A stretch of DNA of 64,000 bases from an uncultured Gammaproteobacteria bacterium (GCA_964409875.1 CAYPEN010000002.1:274630-338629), one strand, 5' to 3'; positions 45,652 through 55,748 are shown, counted from the stretch's first letter. Numbers and translations: made by a program. Notes: generated by a model not told the origin, from the sequence alone.

Positions 45652-46930
45652 TTTTTAGATAGTCAGATATTTTTTTGCCAAGTTCGACTGCATAATTTGT
45701 TCCCCTATCCCAAGGGTAGACTTGTTGAATGTTGGCAAGATATACATTTTTTAGTGGAGTGCGAAAAGCGGGAATATTCATCGAATAATTTGGAGGAATA
45801 ATCGGTTGGGCAAAAAAAGCCTTGAACACTCTTTCCCCAATTATGGTTTTTTTATAGCCGGGGGATATCTTTTCCAAATACGGATGATATAAATTGAGAA
45901 GTTCATCTTCATTCAATGCAAACTTTTTGTCATCCACTGGATTATAATTTCCGACATACAACAAATGCTCGTTGTTATACTTTTTGGAATCCATGAAATT
46001 TGTGTGTTCGACGACTGCCAGAATTGGGGATTTAATGTCGCACATATTGAGCCAATATGTTCCGTCTTTCATAAATTGTTTTGAGAGACGAAGAACTAAA
46101 TTTATTGCACCTATCCCTTTAAGACGCGTAAGGGAGTCAACATATTTTTTTGGAAGAGAGGGGGCAATTTTAATAAACAACGGTGAAGGGACTGTAACGA
46201 TAATCTTATCAAAGACTTCAGTTTGTTCTCGGTTGTTTCGGAATGTTATTTGCGGCGTTTTTTTTGCATTAATACTAAGTACTTCAGTTTCATGATGGAT
46301 TACAACATTGTTTTTTACCAATACATCTTCCAGATGACTTGCAAAATGTAAAAATCCGCCCTCAGGATAGGCAAGGCTCGGTGTCCGTTTATAAATCCTT
46401 GCCCAGAACCAGGCAAGGGACACTGTTGGAGCATATTTTCCAAGCTTATTTACCATCAACGGCTCCCAAATGGTTTTGTAACTTTTTTCACCCATGAATT
46501 TTTTAAGATATGGAACCGCTCTATATTTTTCTAACGGTTTCCAAATAGGGTTATACTTCAAAAAAGCAAGGGCTACTCCGGTTCGAAGCCTATCAATAAT
46601 AGGAATTTTTGGAAATTTTAACAATGAGACAGGCGAGTCAAGTTGATAAATTCCACCTTCAACAAAAGATGAAGTTTTCGGTCTTTTTACAATAACTTTG
46701 TGATTGATTTCCTCAGCCAATTCAAGAACGCTTTTATCGTTTGTAAACCAATGGTGGTAATGCTGCTCTAAGGTCCAGTCCCATCCTTTTTCCTTATAAC
46801 CTAAGGCAAGTCCTCCGGGAAGCTTGTCCTTTTCAAAAATGGTAACATGATGCCCTTTTTTTTGTAGGTAAAATGCTGCGGCAAGACCGGTAAAACCGGC
46901 TCCGATGATGCCTATTTTCATGTTTTTCAA
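45641..46930 (-). CDS. FAD-dependent oxidoreductase (amine-oxidase/UDP-galactopyranose-mutase-like)
   Basis: GxGxxG IGIIGAGFTGLAAA. EQHYHHWFTNDK resembles the UGM GAHIFHTND block. Its size (429 aa) also fits protoporphyrinogen/phytoene-oxidase-like enzymes. Confidence 0.5.
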   Translation of the reverse strand: MKNMKIGIIGAGFTGLAAAFYLQKKGHHVTIFEKDKLPGGLALGYKEKGWDWTLEQHYHHWFTNDKSVLELAEEINHKVIVKRPKTSSFVEGGIYQLDSPVSLLKFPKIPIIDRLRTGVALAFLKYNPIWKPLEKYRAVPYLKKFMGEKSYKTIWEPLMVNKLGKYAPTVSLAWFWARIYKRTPSLAYPEGGFLHFASHLEDVLVKNNVVIHHETEVLSINAKKTPQITFRNNREQTEVFDKIIVTVPSPLFIKIAPSLPKKYVDSLTRLKGIGAINLVLRLSKQFMKDGTYWLNMCDIKSPILAVVEHTNFMDSKKYNNEHLLYVGNYNPVDDKKFALNEDELLNLYHPYLEKISPGYKKTIIGERVFKAFFAQPIIPPNYSMNIPAFRTPLKNVYLANIQQVYPWDRGTNYAVELGKKISDYLKNEE

Positions 46931-46969
46931 CTATATCAAAATGAGTAAAGAAAACAAGCGTGTAATTGT

Positions 46970-48421
46970 TTACAGTGCAAACAATATCGCAGTACCAGCA
47001 ACAATAAGAATAACGGAAATTCCAGTAAGTATTGCAGTGTTTTCAACGCCGCCTGGTTTTGCAATCGGCGGCAGCTTCGTAGGTGTATAGTATACGGTTG
47101 GTTTCATTGTGGGAAGGGAGGTAGGAGTTGCTGTTGCGACAAGCGTCGGTGTAGGCGATGCTGTCGGAGAGGGGGAAAGCGATGGAGTTACAGTTGTAGT
47201 AACGGTAGGTGTCGGCTTATTAGTAGGTGTGGGTGAAGGGGTTGGTGTTGCTGTTGGTTTTATTGTAGGGGAGGCTGAGGGTGTAGCATTTTCAGTTATT
47301 TGAGAGCCTTGCGGAAATATGTTGAAGTTACGTGTAAGACTTACTTTTGGATTATTGGAATCATTTGTTGTTATGGTTAACGCATGCTTTCCTTGCGGTA
47401 TCCCGTTCGGGGCTTGATATGACCATGAACCATCGGCTTTCACTAAAAGTTGTTGCTCAACTACCCCTGGAATTGTAAGCGAAAGAGTCGAATTAGGATA
47501 GGATGTTCCGGAAAATAAAGGTCGTTGGTCAACGAATGACTCATCTTGTTTTGGACTTATTATGTCGACCGTTTTTCCACTTGTCGGAAATGGTATGTTG
47601 AGTTGAGAGCTTTGCGTTGAGACAACTTCGCTTACCTGAGTAAATACGTATTGCTGTAAAAGCGTTACCGGAGGAAGGTTTTGTCCCGCCTGATAGGTTG
47701 TAGAAACAGACGCTTTCATTGTTTGTCGGAAAACCGTTATGGAGAAAGTCGTTTCATTTTGCAGGATGACATATTCATTTCCTGCAAGCGATCTTAATGA
47801 ATTTGTCGGAAGTATAAACTCGCCTTTCGAATCAGTTACGGCAGATATTATCTCCGATTGCTCGGTTTTAGCAATAATAATTGCATCACTCCCCACTCCT
47901 CCATCCGGTAAGAGCACTTTTCCAAAAAGCGGGTTTTGACTCGGTGGGGCTGAAGATATGGATTTCCCCGTTTTTACCGCATATGAAGAGTTGGCATACT
48001 CTTTCCCTCCTACTAAGAGTTTAAATGAGTATGTTGTTTCGGGTGACAAATTCGGGACCGTTATGTGATGTGAATAATATTTTGCTTGAGCTCCTGTTTT
48101 CTTGTCCCTATCATCTAATATAATGGAGTTCCCTGTTTTTGCATCATTAATGTTTACGACACCATCAACAAGTCCGGCTGTTGTGAAGGCAACCGTAAAT
48201 GAGGTGTCTGTTATATTAGTCACCGAAAAATTTTGGGGTTCCGTATCGGGCGCAGCTTTTCCAACATAAAAAATTCCATTTTTGATAAGAATGGTTGATA
48301 TCCCAATAACAACTACAAGTACGATAATTGCAAAAAGTGTCGGAATTCTTTTATTAAAAAGTCCTTTTTTCATATTGTTATGGACCAGGAGTGACAGGTA
48401 TGATGACTGTCGGTGTCGCAC
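46970..48421 (-). CDS. Cell-surface protein with N-terminal TM, Ig-like beta domains, Pro/Thr-rich linker and C-terminal hydrophobic anchor
   Basis: PTATPTPSPTPTNKPTPT linker, then KPGGVENTAILTGISVILIVAGTAILFAL at the C-terminus. Confidence 0.45.
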   Translation of the reverse strand: MRHRQSSYLSLLVHNNMKKGLFNKRIPTLFAIIVLVVVIGISTILIKNGIFYVGKAAPDTEPQNFSVTNITDTSFTVAFTTAGLVDGVVNINDAKTGNSIILDDRDKKTGAQAKYYSHHITVPNLSPETTYSFKLLVGGKEYANSSYAVKTGKSISSAPPSQNPLFGKVLLPDGGVGSDAIIIAKTEQSEIISAVTDSKGEFILPTNSLRSLAGNEYVILQNETTFSITVFRQTMKASVSTTYQAGQNLPPVTLLQQYVFTQVSEVVSTQSSQLNIPFPTSGKTVDIISPKQDESFVDQRPLFSGTSYPNSTLSLTIPGVVEQQLLVKADGSWSYQAPNGIPQGKHALTITTNDSNNPKVSLTRNFNIFPQGSQITENATPSASPTIKPTATPTPSPTPTNKPTPTVTTTVTPSLSPSPTASPTPTLVATATPTSLPTMKPTVYYTPTKLPPIAKPGGVENTAILTGISVILIVAGTAILFAL

Positions 48422-48728
48422 TCACTGATGCTATCTTGGATGATTGTATGCTTACGGTAGGGCTTGGTGTAGGAGTTGTTCCGGAACCGGTTTCTTTTGA
48501 ATCATCCGAAACAATTTCACTTTTGCCCTGAATGGTAACGTTAATAGGTTTCCTTTTTTTAAGTTCGCTCAATGTTTTTTTATCAAAAGTCCCAGGGATT
48601 GGAACGACGTGGGCTTGTGTAGATTGAGGGAGCGAGGACAAGGAATAATTATGGTAAATATTAAGACCAATAATTATCATAACTGCAAATGTGCTGAACC
48701 CTGAAAGAAGCAGTAGGTTTTTTAACAT
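48378..48728 (-). CDS. Small secreted/membrane protein (Thr/Pro-rich)
   Basis: ORF-track entry with an N-terminal hydrophobic helix. It overlaps the upstream gene by about 44 nt. Confidence 0.3.
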   Translation of the reverse strand: MLKNLLLLSGFSTFAVMIIIGLNIYHNYSLSSLPQSTQAHVVPIPGTFDKKTLSELKKRKPINVTIQGKSEIVSDDSKETGSGTTPTPSPTVSIQSSKIASVSATPTVIIPVTPGP

Positions 48729-48799
48729 AGTAAATTTATTATAATTTGTTCTTTAACCTGCCCATAGCGGAGTAGTCAGACTATGCATTTCTATTAAAT

Positions 48800-49423
48800 C
48801 TACTCCTTGTAAAAATACGCCCGCCCGGTAACAGACGCAGCAAAGGTGCTTGATATTTGTTTTCCGGTCTGTAGTTTTTCTATTTTAATTATCCTTCCCA
48901 TATTTACTAAATCCAGAATGAATTGGTTCACATCCTTTTCTGCGCCTTCCACTCCTATTGTGAAAATGAATGAAAATATCGGCTTGTTGGGATTTTTGGC
49001 CGGATATAGTTCCATAAGTCCTGTATCCAATTTCTTGACGACAAGAGTGTTTTGGATTGACAGATTTTCCAATTGACGGGTAAGTTCTGCAACCTTGGGA
49101 CTTTGGGGAATTGCATTATCAATCAGGTTCAAATCCGGTTGGATTTCAACATACTGGGCGCTTAATGATTTAAGTGCTTCATTTTTATCCTTCAACTCCT
49201 TAAGTGCATCCTTTTCTTCGTTATATTTTTTATTAAGGTCTGAAATAGTTGTGACTGTCGGACCTATTGCAAAAATACCAAAAAATGAGAATGCCAAGAG
49301 AGAAAAGATTACGTACAGATAGGCTGTTGCTCTTTGTTTGTTCTGTTTTGCATTCAGCAAAAGATTGCCTTTGGCTATGAGCTCTTTTATCTCTTGGTTT
49401 ATTTTGTCTGCATTTTTGAACAT
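48800..49423 (-). CDS. PilO-like type IV pilus assembly protein
   Basis: Single N-terminal TM then a coiled coil (KKYNEEKDALKELKDKNEALKSL). It pairs with the upstream PilN-like gene. Confidence 0.4.
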   Translation of the reverse strand: MFKNADKINQEIKELIAKGNLLLNAKQNKQRATAYLYVIFSLLAFSFFGIFAIGPTVTTISDLNKKYNEEKDALKELKDKNEALKSLSAQYVEIQPDLNLIDNAIPQSPKVAELTRQLENLSIQNTLVVKKLDTGLMELYPAKNPNKPIFSFIFTIGVEGAEKDVNQFILDLVNMGRIIKIEKLQTGKQISSTFAASVTGRAYFYKE

Positions 49424-49425
49424 AT

Positions 49426-49995
49426 TTAATTTGAGTTAGCAGGTTGAACTGCAAGAGTTTTTATGTCAATACGGGTTTTGAAGCGGACACCTGCGTCTAC
49501 TGTGTTAATCTCATCTATCGAGATGGCTGCAACAGCCGGGAACTTTTTCAGCTCATTCAGAAAATCCGTGAGTGTAATAATCGAAAACGTTGTACCGTCT
49601 ACCGTTATACTTTTATCACTTATTGAAAGAGTGGTTGAAAAGAAAGTGCCTGCACCTATGGCTTTTATCACTTCATTCATGATTTGAATTTTTTCCGATG
49701 TTTCACCGGTTGTTGTTTTTATGTCTTTCAGCCTTTCTTGTATGCTTCGGTAGGTTTTTTCATCAGCTGATTGTGCTGCAATATATACTTCTTGTGTTTT
49801 TATTTGGTCGTGAAGGTCGACTATTTGCCTATCAATTACAAATCTATATCCAAGCGCACCAAGTGCTACCAGCTCAATACCTACGATGATTGCCCTTCCC
49901 GCATCTATTGTCCACCCGTATACCACTTTCCCAACAGTCTGTTTGCCAGCGGAACTAAGATTTATGTTTATCTTTGGAGATGTTCTTTTTGCCAT
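49426..49995 (-). CDS. PilN-like type IV pilus assembly protein
   Basis: Short cytoplasmic N-terminus, one TM, then a coiled coil. Typical PilN size and topology. Confidence 0.4.
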   Translation of the reverse strand: MAKRTSPKININLSSAGKQTVGKVVYGWTIDAGRAIIVGIELVALGALGYRFVIDRQIVDLHDQIKTQEVYIAAQSADEKTYRSIQERLKDIKTTTGETSEKIQIMNEVIKAIGAGTFFSTTLSISDKSITVDGTTFSIITLTDFLNELKKFPAVAAISIDEINTVDAGVRFKTRIDIKTLAVQPANSN

Positions 49996-50102
49996 ACCAA
50001 AACAAGCGCAACCTTTAATTTTTTACGCTCTGAAATCAGTGTAAAGTTTTTGCGATAGTTTGTCAAAGAAAAACTGACGAAAAATGAGGCTGAAAGAGAA
50101 AA

Positions 50103-50414
50103 TTATTTGGAGGTCTTTTTTGTTGGAGCTTTCTTGGGGGTTGCTGTTGCAGCGGTTTTTTTCGGAACTTTAGAAGCAGTAGGTTTTGCAATCTTCGTAA
50201 GGGTTGATTTCATACGCGCAGCTTTATTTACGTGGATAATTTTGTTTTTTGCTGCTTTATCTACAATGGAAACGGCTTGGGCAACTGCCTTTCCGCTTTT
50301 TGATTTCTTTGCCTTAGAAACGGCTGACTTAAGGCTTGAGCGTAGAGCATCATTTTTCTTTTCGCGCTTACGGTCTTGTCTTAATTTCTTAATAGCTGAT
50401 TTAATGACTGGCAT
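50103..50414 (-). CDS. rpsT: 30S ribosomal protein S20
   Basis: MPVIKSAIKKLRQDRKREKKN...IHVNKAARMKS match S20 blocks. Confidence 0.9.
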   Translation of the reverse strand: MPVIKSAIKKLRQDRKREKKNDALRSSLKSAVSKAKKSKSGKAVAQAVSIVDKAAKNKIIHVNKAARMKSTLTKIAKPTASKVPKKTAATATPKKAPTKKTSK

Positions 50415-50437
50415 ATATTCTTCTGTTTACTTCATTT

Positions 50438-50490
50438 GTTTCGCAACATGCTTTGGACATATTGTTTCGCAACATGCTTTGGACATATTG
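50438..50490. repeat. Tandem duplication (2 x about 27 bp, tttcgcaacatgctttggacatattg) 24-76 nt upstream of the rpsT start codon
   Basis: Exact direct repeat read from the sequence. Confidence 0.85.
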
Positions 50491-50591
50491 TAAACAGAAC
50501 TTGGTTATTCTAACATGGATAATGAGTAAATTCAAGAAAAGAAGCCTCAAAAGTGATTTTGTTTTTAACTTCCAACAATTATAATTAATTC

Positions 50592-52244
50592 ATGGTAAAA
50601 GATATTTTCAAGAAAGGGCTTCAGGCGCTGACTCAAAAACAGTCCAATATCTTTACAGCTGCCTTTTTTATCGTGGCTACCACCATATTTGGACAGATGT
50701 TAGGCATTCTCAAATACCGGCTGTTAGTAGCTCTTTTTGGTGCTTCAAGCGATTTGGGGGTATTTTTGGCTTCTTTTAGAGTTCCTGACTTTCTTTTTCA
50801 AATTTTTATAACCGGAGCATTATCTACATCTTTTATTCCTTTGTTTTCCGATTTTATTTCGCAACACAAAAAAGAGGAGGCAAATAAATTTACATCTGCC
50901 ATACTCAACTATGGAATAGTAGCCTTTGTTATCATTTCACTTTTCATCATCATTTTTGCCCATCCGCTTGCAAAAGCGGTGGCACCGGGTTTTTCCGATA
51001 GCGAGCTTGGGCTTATGGCAAATTTGATGATAATAATTCAACTCTCTGAGGTATTTTTTGTGGTAGGAACTGTGTTTTCTGGCGTGTTGCAGTCCTATCA
51101 GCACTTTCTCGTCCCTGGTATTGCTTCTGCTCTTTACAATCTCGGCATAATACTCGGCATTATTGTTCTTTCCGGAATTTTTCATTTAGGAATATATGGC
51201 GCGACATTAGGAGTTGTTATCGGTTCTTTTTTCTTTTTTGTCACACAGCTGCCGCTTCTTAAAGGAACAGGCTACCGATACCAATTCACGTTTCACCGAG
51301 ACGAAGCGGTAAAAAAAATTGGCAAGCTTATGCTTCCGCGTTCCCTGACACTTCTGGTGACTCAAATTGCTATAACTGCTAATGTCTTTTTTGCGTCTTT
51401 TACCACATCCAGAGGCCTTGTTGTTCTTGAGTTGGCACAAACATTAATGCTTGCGCCGGTACTTTTGTTTGGACAGTCAATCGCGCAAGCATCATTTCCG
51501 TCGTTGTCGATGAAATCAAAAGATCCAAAAGAATTCGTTTCTATTTTTGTTTCATCATTAAACCAAATTATGTACCTTACACTTCCAATTAGTGCTCTGT
51601 TGGTTGTGTTAAGAATTCCAATAGTCAGGCTCTTTTTCGGTGCACAGAGATTTGATTGGGATGCGACCGTTCTGACCGGATTGACGTTAGCACTTTTAGG
51701 AATTTCAATTGCCGCACAAAGTGCGATATATCTTTTCTCACGAGCTTTTTTTGCACTGAAAGACTCCCAAACGCCCTTCTTTATCACCCTGTTTTCAGTA
51801 ATAGTTAATGTTTCCCTATCCTATTACTTCATTTTAATTCTTAAGCTCCCTGTTTATTATTTAGGTATCTCTTTTACAGTCGGAAACATTATGAGTTTTA
51901 TTCTCCTTCTTATTACCCTTAATGCCAAAATTACATTACCAAAGCTTGAAATTGTTATAACGACTATGAAGATTTTAACAGCAACTTTTGTTATGGGTGT
52001 GGCTCTCTATATTCCGATAAAGCTCTTAGACCAACTTGTTTTTGATACAACAAGAACGATTAATTTAGTGATACTGACAGGTATTGCCTCCGGGACGGGA
52101 ATTGTTGCCTACATATTTTTTACATGGCTTCTTGACATAAAGGAGGCGTACTACATTATTGCCGTCGCAAAGCAATTTAAAAATAAAGATAAGATAATAA
52201 AACAGATTGGAGAGCTCCTCGAAGGTTCGAAAGTAAACCCATAA
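50592..52244 (+). CDS. murJ: Lipid II flippase MurJ
   Basis: 14-TM MOP-family protein. The N-terminal block LLVALFGASSDLGVFLASFRVPDFLFQIFITGALSTSFIPLF matches MurJ/MviN. Confidence 0.85.
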   Translation: MVKDIFKKGLQALTQKQSNIFTAAFFIVATTIFGQMLGILKYRLLVALFGASSDLGVFLASFRVPDFLFQIFITGALSTSFIPLFSDFISQHKKEEANKFTSAILNYGIVAFVIISLFIIIFAHPLAKAVAPGFSDSELGLMANLMIIIQLSEVFFVVGTVFSGVLQSYQHFLVPGIASALYNLGIILGIIVLSGIFHLGIYGATLGVVIGSFFFFVTQLPLLKGTGYRYQFTFHRDEAVKKIGKLMLPRSLTLLVTQIAITANVFFASFTTSRGLVVLELAQTLMLAPVLLFGQSIAQASFPSLSMKSKDPKEFVSIFVSSLNQIMYLTLPISALLVVLRIPIVRLFFGAQRFDWDATVLTGLTLALLGISIAAQSAIYLFSRAFFALKDSQTPFFITLFSVIVNVSLSYYFILILKLPVYYLGISFTVGNIMSFILLLITLNAKITLPKLEIVITTMKILTATFVMGVALYIPIKLLDQLVFDTTRTINLVILTGIASGTGIVAYIFFTWLLDIKEAYYIIAVAKQFKNKDKIIKQIGELLEGSKVNP

Positions 52245-52322
52245 TTTTTGTTTTCCTGGTATAATGAACACGCTCCACGGTTTGACTTTTCAGTTGTTGC
52301 CATGGCACAGAGAGGGAATACG

Positions 52323-54083
52323 ATGAATAATATTCGGAATTTTGCCATCATTGCGCATGTTGACCATGGGAAGTCAACTCTTGCTGACCGTTTTTTGGCG
52401 ATGACAGGGACTCTGTCAGGGAAAGATCTTAACCAGGAACAATTTCTGGATAGTAACCCAATTTCGCGGGAAAGAGGAATTACTATAAAACTTGCGCCTG
52501 TTCACATGAAATATACCTTTGGAGGACAGGATTATATTTTAAATCTTATTGATACTCCGGGGCACGTCGATTTTTCGTATGAAGTGGTCAGAACGCTCTA
52601 TGCATGCGAAGGGGCAATATTGGTTGTTGATGCTACAAAGGGAATTCAAGCGCAAACGGTGAGCCATTTCAATGTAGCAAAAAACCTAGGACTTACCATT
52701 ATTCCTGTTGTTAACAAAGTTGACTTGGATAGTGCTGAGGTTGAAAGGGTTGAGAATGAAATTATTGAGTCTTTCGGTTTTGAAAAAAGTGAAATACTAA
52801 GAATTAGCGCAAAAACGGGTCTAGGAGTCGAAAAATTAATTGAAATTCTTATTAAGAAAATCCCTTCTCCAACGGGTAACGACAAAGAAAAAACACAAGC
52901 GCTTATTTTTGATAGCAAATATGATGAACACCGTGGGATTGTCATTTTTATCAGGGTGCGAAATGGTGAAATAAAGAAAGGTGATGAGATACTGTTCACC
53001 TCCGACAACTCTAAAGCACTTGTTATGGATGTTGGGTTCATGAGTCCTAACTTCATGTCATCGGAAATCCTTAAAAGTGGGGATGTAGGATATGTTATAA
53101 CCAACATTAAAGACATTACCCAAGCTAAAGTGGGCGACACAATGACTCTTGCAAAACATCCTGCAGAAAGCCTTCCCGGATACAAAGAGCAAAAACCATT
53201 TGTATACCTTTCGATTTATCCTACTTCCTCACAAGATTTTCAGAATTTACGTAAAGCCATTTATTCACTCAAGCTTACAGACGCAGCGCTTGTTATAGCG
53301 CCTGATTATTCAACGGTTTTTGGATCAGGATTTCGGTGTGGATTTTTGGGACTTTTACACTCGCAAATCATAATGGAGAGACTTGAGCGGGAGTATGATT
53401 TAGATGTTTTTTCAGCGCCCCCATCGATACTTTATTTGGTTGATGGGGAGGAAGTTTCATCTCCCAAGGATTTTGATATTTCTAAAAATGACATAAAAGA
53501 ACCTTTTATTTTGGGGGAAATCTATACTCCGTCCCAGTATTTGGGTGGAATTCTTGATTTGGTATATAAAGGACGTGGACAGGAGGGAGATGTTACGTAT
53601 TTTGGTAGTCAAGTAAGAATTCTTTTTGAAATGCCGTTGTCAAACATCGTATACGATTTTTATGATAAGTTAAAGTCTGCATCTGCCGGATATGCGTCAT
53701 TTGATTATGAGTTCTTGGATTATAGGAATTCGGATCTGGAACGGGTTGATATCTCCGTTAATGACGTTATCGTACCCGAGCTTTCCTTCATCGTTCATAC
53801 ATCCATCACCGAAAGTTTTTCCCGAAAAATTGTTGAGGCACTTTCCAAATCGATTCCAAAACATAGTTTTCAGATTGCGGTCAGAGCTCAGGTTGGCGGA
53901 AGAATTATAGCTTCTGAAAAAATAGGCGCTTATATGAAAGATGTTACTGCAAAATTATACGGGGGAGACAGAACGAGAAAAGACAAACTTTTGGACAAAC
54001 AAAAAGAAGGAAAAAGGAAAATGAAAAGTATCGGACGGGTTAATGTTCCAAAAGAAGCCTTCATGTCTATTCTTAAAGTTTAG
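52323..54083 (+). CDS. lepA: Elongation factor 4 (LepA)
   Basis: IRNFAIIAHVDHGKSTL G-domain and the LepA-specific C-terminal domain. The start was taken at MNNIRNF. Confidence 0.95.
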   Translation: MNNIRNFAIIAHVDHGKSTLADRFLAMTGTLSGKDLNQEQFLDSNPISRERGITIKLAPVHMKYTFGGQDYILNLIDTPGHVDFSYEVVRTLYACEGAILVVDATKGIQAQTVSHFNVAKNLGLTIIPVVNKVDLDSAEVERVENEIIESFGFEKSEILRISAKTGLGVEKLIEILIKKIPSPTGNDKEKTQALIFDSKYDEHRGIVIFIRVRNGEIKKGDEILFTSDNSKALVMDVGFMSPNFMSSEILKSGDVGYVITNIKDITQAKVGDTMTLAKHPAESLPGYKEQKPFVYLSIYPTSSQDFQNLRKAIYSLKLTDAALVIAPDYSTVFGSGFRCGFLGLLHSQIIMERLEREYDLDVFSAPPSILYLVDGEEVSSPKDFDISKNDIKEPFILGEIYTPSQYLGGILDLVYKGRGQEGDVTYFGSQVRILFEMPLSNIVYDFYDKLKSASAGYASFDYEFLDYRNSDLERVDISVNDVIVPELSFIVHTSITESFSRKIVEALSKSIPKHSFQIAVRAQVGGRIIASEKIGAYMKDVTAKLYGGDRTRKDKLLDKQKEGKRKMKSIGRVNVPKEAFMSILKV

Positions 54084-54096
54084 ATAGTAACTTCTC

Positions 54097-55206
54097 TTAG
54101 AGGGCGAGTAAGAAGACTCCGGCAATAATTGCAATTACAACGCCACCAATTATGCCTATTGTTTGTCCAATGCTTCCCGATGGGGCAATTGTCGGGGTTG
54201 CCGTTGGAATTGCTGTTGCTATAGGAGCAAGGGTCGGGGTTGCAGTGGGTGCAATAGTTGCAAGAGCACCGGCAACTGCGATGGGTTGGCTACATACACT
54301 ACTGACGGCTCCTGAATTATCAGTGAATACTGTGGTTGCTGTGAAATTGCCACCGGAAGTATAAGTATGTGCCATCTGAGCAGAAACCGAAGCTGTCCCC
54401 ATCCCAGCTACTACATCTTGCGAAATTCCATCCCCAAAATTAAAGGTAGCTTTTGAAATAGTTCCATCTGTATCACGGCCGGTTGCTGTGAGTGTTACCG
54501 ACAGAGGTGCTGAACCGGAGGAGGTTGATGATGACAAATTAATGCAAACAGGTGACTTATTGGCCGAGAGGGTAGGTGCGGCAGTGGGAGAAACCGTAGT
54601 GGTGACACTGGGTGAGGGGGATGTTGCGGTACACGCCTTTGGAGTAATTGAGAGCTGAAGGCCTGATGAGTTGCCCGCATTGTATACATTTTCCGATGCA
54701 CCGTCTTGTGTTGAGAGTGAGTAGACTTTCGTTCCATTAGAATCAATATCGAGCCTGATTACTCCACCCGAAGGGCTATAAGGTGGTTTTATGGTGATAA
54801 TTGCAAGTTCTGTAGTCGTTTGGATGGCATTTACACTGTCAGCTCCTGAAGTTCCGATACCGATAGTAAGGTTCATTCCGTCAGGTGTTGAGTCGGGGCC
54901 TTTAGTAACTTGAAATTTTGAGCTGGCTGGTGCGATATCGATATCGAACATTTTTTTATCCCATTTCAGCGCAAGCTGTACTCGGCTTACAATATTTTGT
55001 CCGGGATTAACAATAAGTTTGGTGGTTTGGGTATTGCTACATTGGTCAAAAGTAAGGCTTGGTGGATTGAATGAAAGTGTGGTGCTTGGAGCTGCGCTTC
55101 CGCGGGTGGATGTTTGGTTTTTGATAAAGTAGAGAGCTATCGGAATAACAAGAAGCAAGAATGCCAGATTGCCTAAAAGAAAATATTTATTTTTAAATAT
55201 GTTCAT
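54097..55206 (-). CDS. Cell-surface protein with N-terminal TM, Pro/Thr/Ala-rich region and C-terminal hydrophobic anchor
   Basis: C-terminal PTATPTLAPIATAIPTATPTIAPSGS followed by IGIIGGVVIAIIAGVFLLAL, the same architecture as 46970..48421. Confidence 0.4.
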   Translation of the reverse strand: MNIFKNKYFLLGNLAFLLLVIPIALYFIKNQTSTRGSAAPSTTLSFNPPSLTFDQCSNTQTTKLIVNPGQNIVSRVQLALKWDKKMFDIDIAPASSKFQVTKGPDSTPDGMNLTIGIGTSGADSVNAIQTTTELAIITIKPPYSPSGGVIRLDIDSNGTKVYSLSTQDGASENVYNAGNSSGLQLSITPKACTATSPSPSVTTTVSPTAAPTLSANKSPVCINLSSSTSSGSAPLSVTLTATGRDTDGTISKATFNFGDGISQDVVAGMGTASVSAQMAHTYTSGGNFTATTVFTDNSGAVSSVCSQPIAVAGALATIAPTATPTLAPIATAIPTATPTIAPSGSIGQTIGIIGGVVIAIIAGVFLLAL

Positions 55207-55379
55207 GCCACTACATGCAGCAGGCAAATGCCTGCAATACGAGATGATATTAGCGTAGAAGATTTACATTCTTTTTGCAAGTTAACAAAACAAATTAGCA
55301 GACCTCTTGACAAATTGATAATATGTGTTGTATAAATATTGACGATTCATGATAGGAATTTTCAAAAGAGGTTACTAAT

Positions 55380-55682
55380 ATGGCAAAAACGACAGAAAAC
55401 ATCAAACCGCTCTTCTCAAACGTTTTAATAAAGCCTGTTGATGCTGAGGAAAAAACTGCATCCGGCATTATTCTTCCTGATAGTGCAAAGGAGAAGCCGC
55501 AAGTCGGACTCGTGATGGCGGTTGGTGAGGGGCATATTTCACCAAAGGGAGATAAGGAGAAAATGGTGGTAAAAGTAGGAGACAGAGTAATGTACAAGAA
55601 ATGGGGAGGAAATGAAGTAAAAGTTGGCAATGAAGAATGGACAATTGTAGAACAAAAAGATATACTCGCAATTCTCGGATGA
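55380..55682 (+). CDS. groES: Co-chaperonin GroES
   Basis: IKPLFSNVLIKPVDAEEKTASGIILPDSAKEKPQ matches the GroES mobile-loop region. Confidence 0.95.
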   Translation: MAKTTENIKPLFSNVLIKPVDAEEKTASGIILPDSAKEKPQVGLVMAVGEGHISPKGDKEKMVVKVGDRVMYKKWGGNEVKVGNEEWTIVEQKDILAILG

Positions 55683-55684
55683 GT

Positions 55685-55748
55685 TTATACCGATAACTCT
55701 TGTTCAAATGTCCAACTGGCCATTTGAACTGAGACTCTCGGTATAATA
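55685..55748 (+). promoter_or_regulatory. Nested inverted repeat in the groES-groEL spacer (gttcaaatg-N10-catttgaac inside ataccga...tcggtat), ending in a TATAAT-like hexamer
   Basis: Perfect 9-bp arms at 55702-55710 and 55721-55729. The outer arms are at about 55687-55693 and 55740-55746. Confidence 0.5.

Noticed and set aside
49426-49995. A complete pilMNOPQ operon
   Set aside because: Only PilN-like and PilO-like topologies are present. No pilM (actin-like ATPase) or secretin is adjacent (rpsT follows), so the pilus calls are kept at low confidence.
55228-55379. Expected CIRCE (HrcA operator) upstream of groES
   Set aside because: No TTAGCACTC-N9-GAGTGCTAA-like sequence is present. Only an ordinary sigma70-like promoter was seen.
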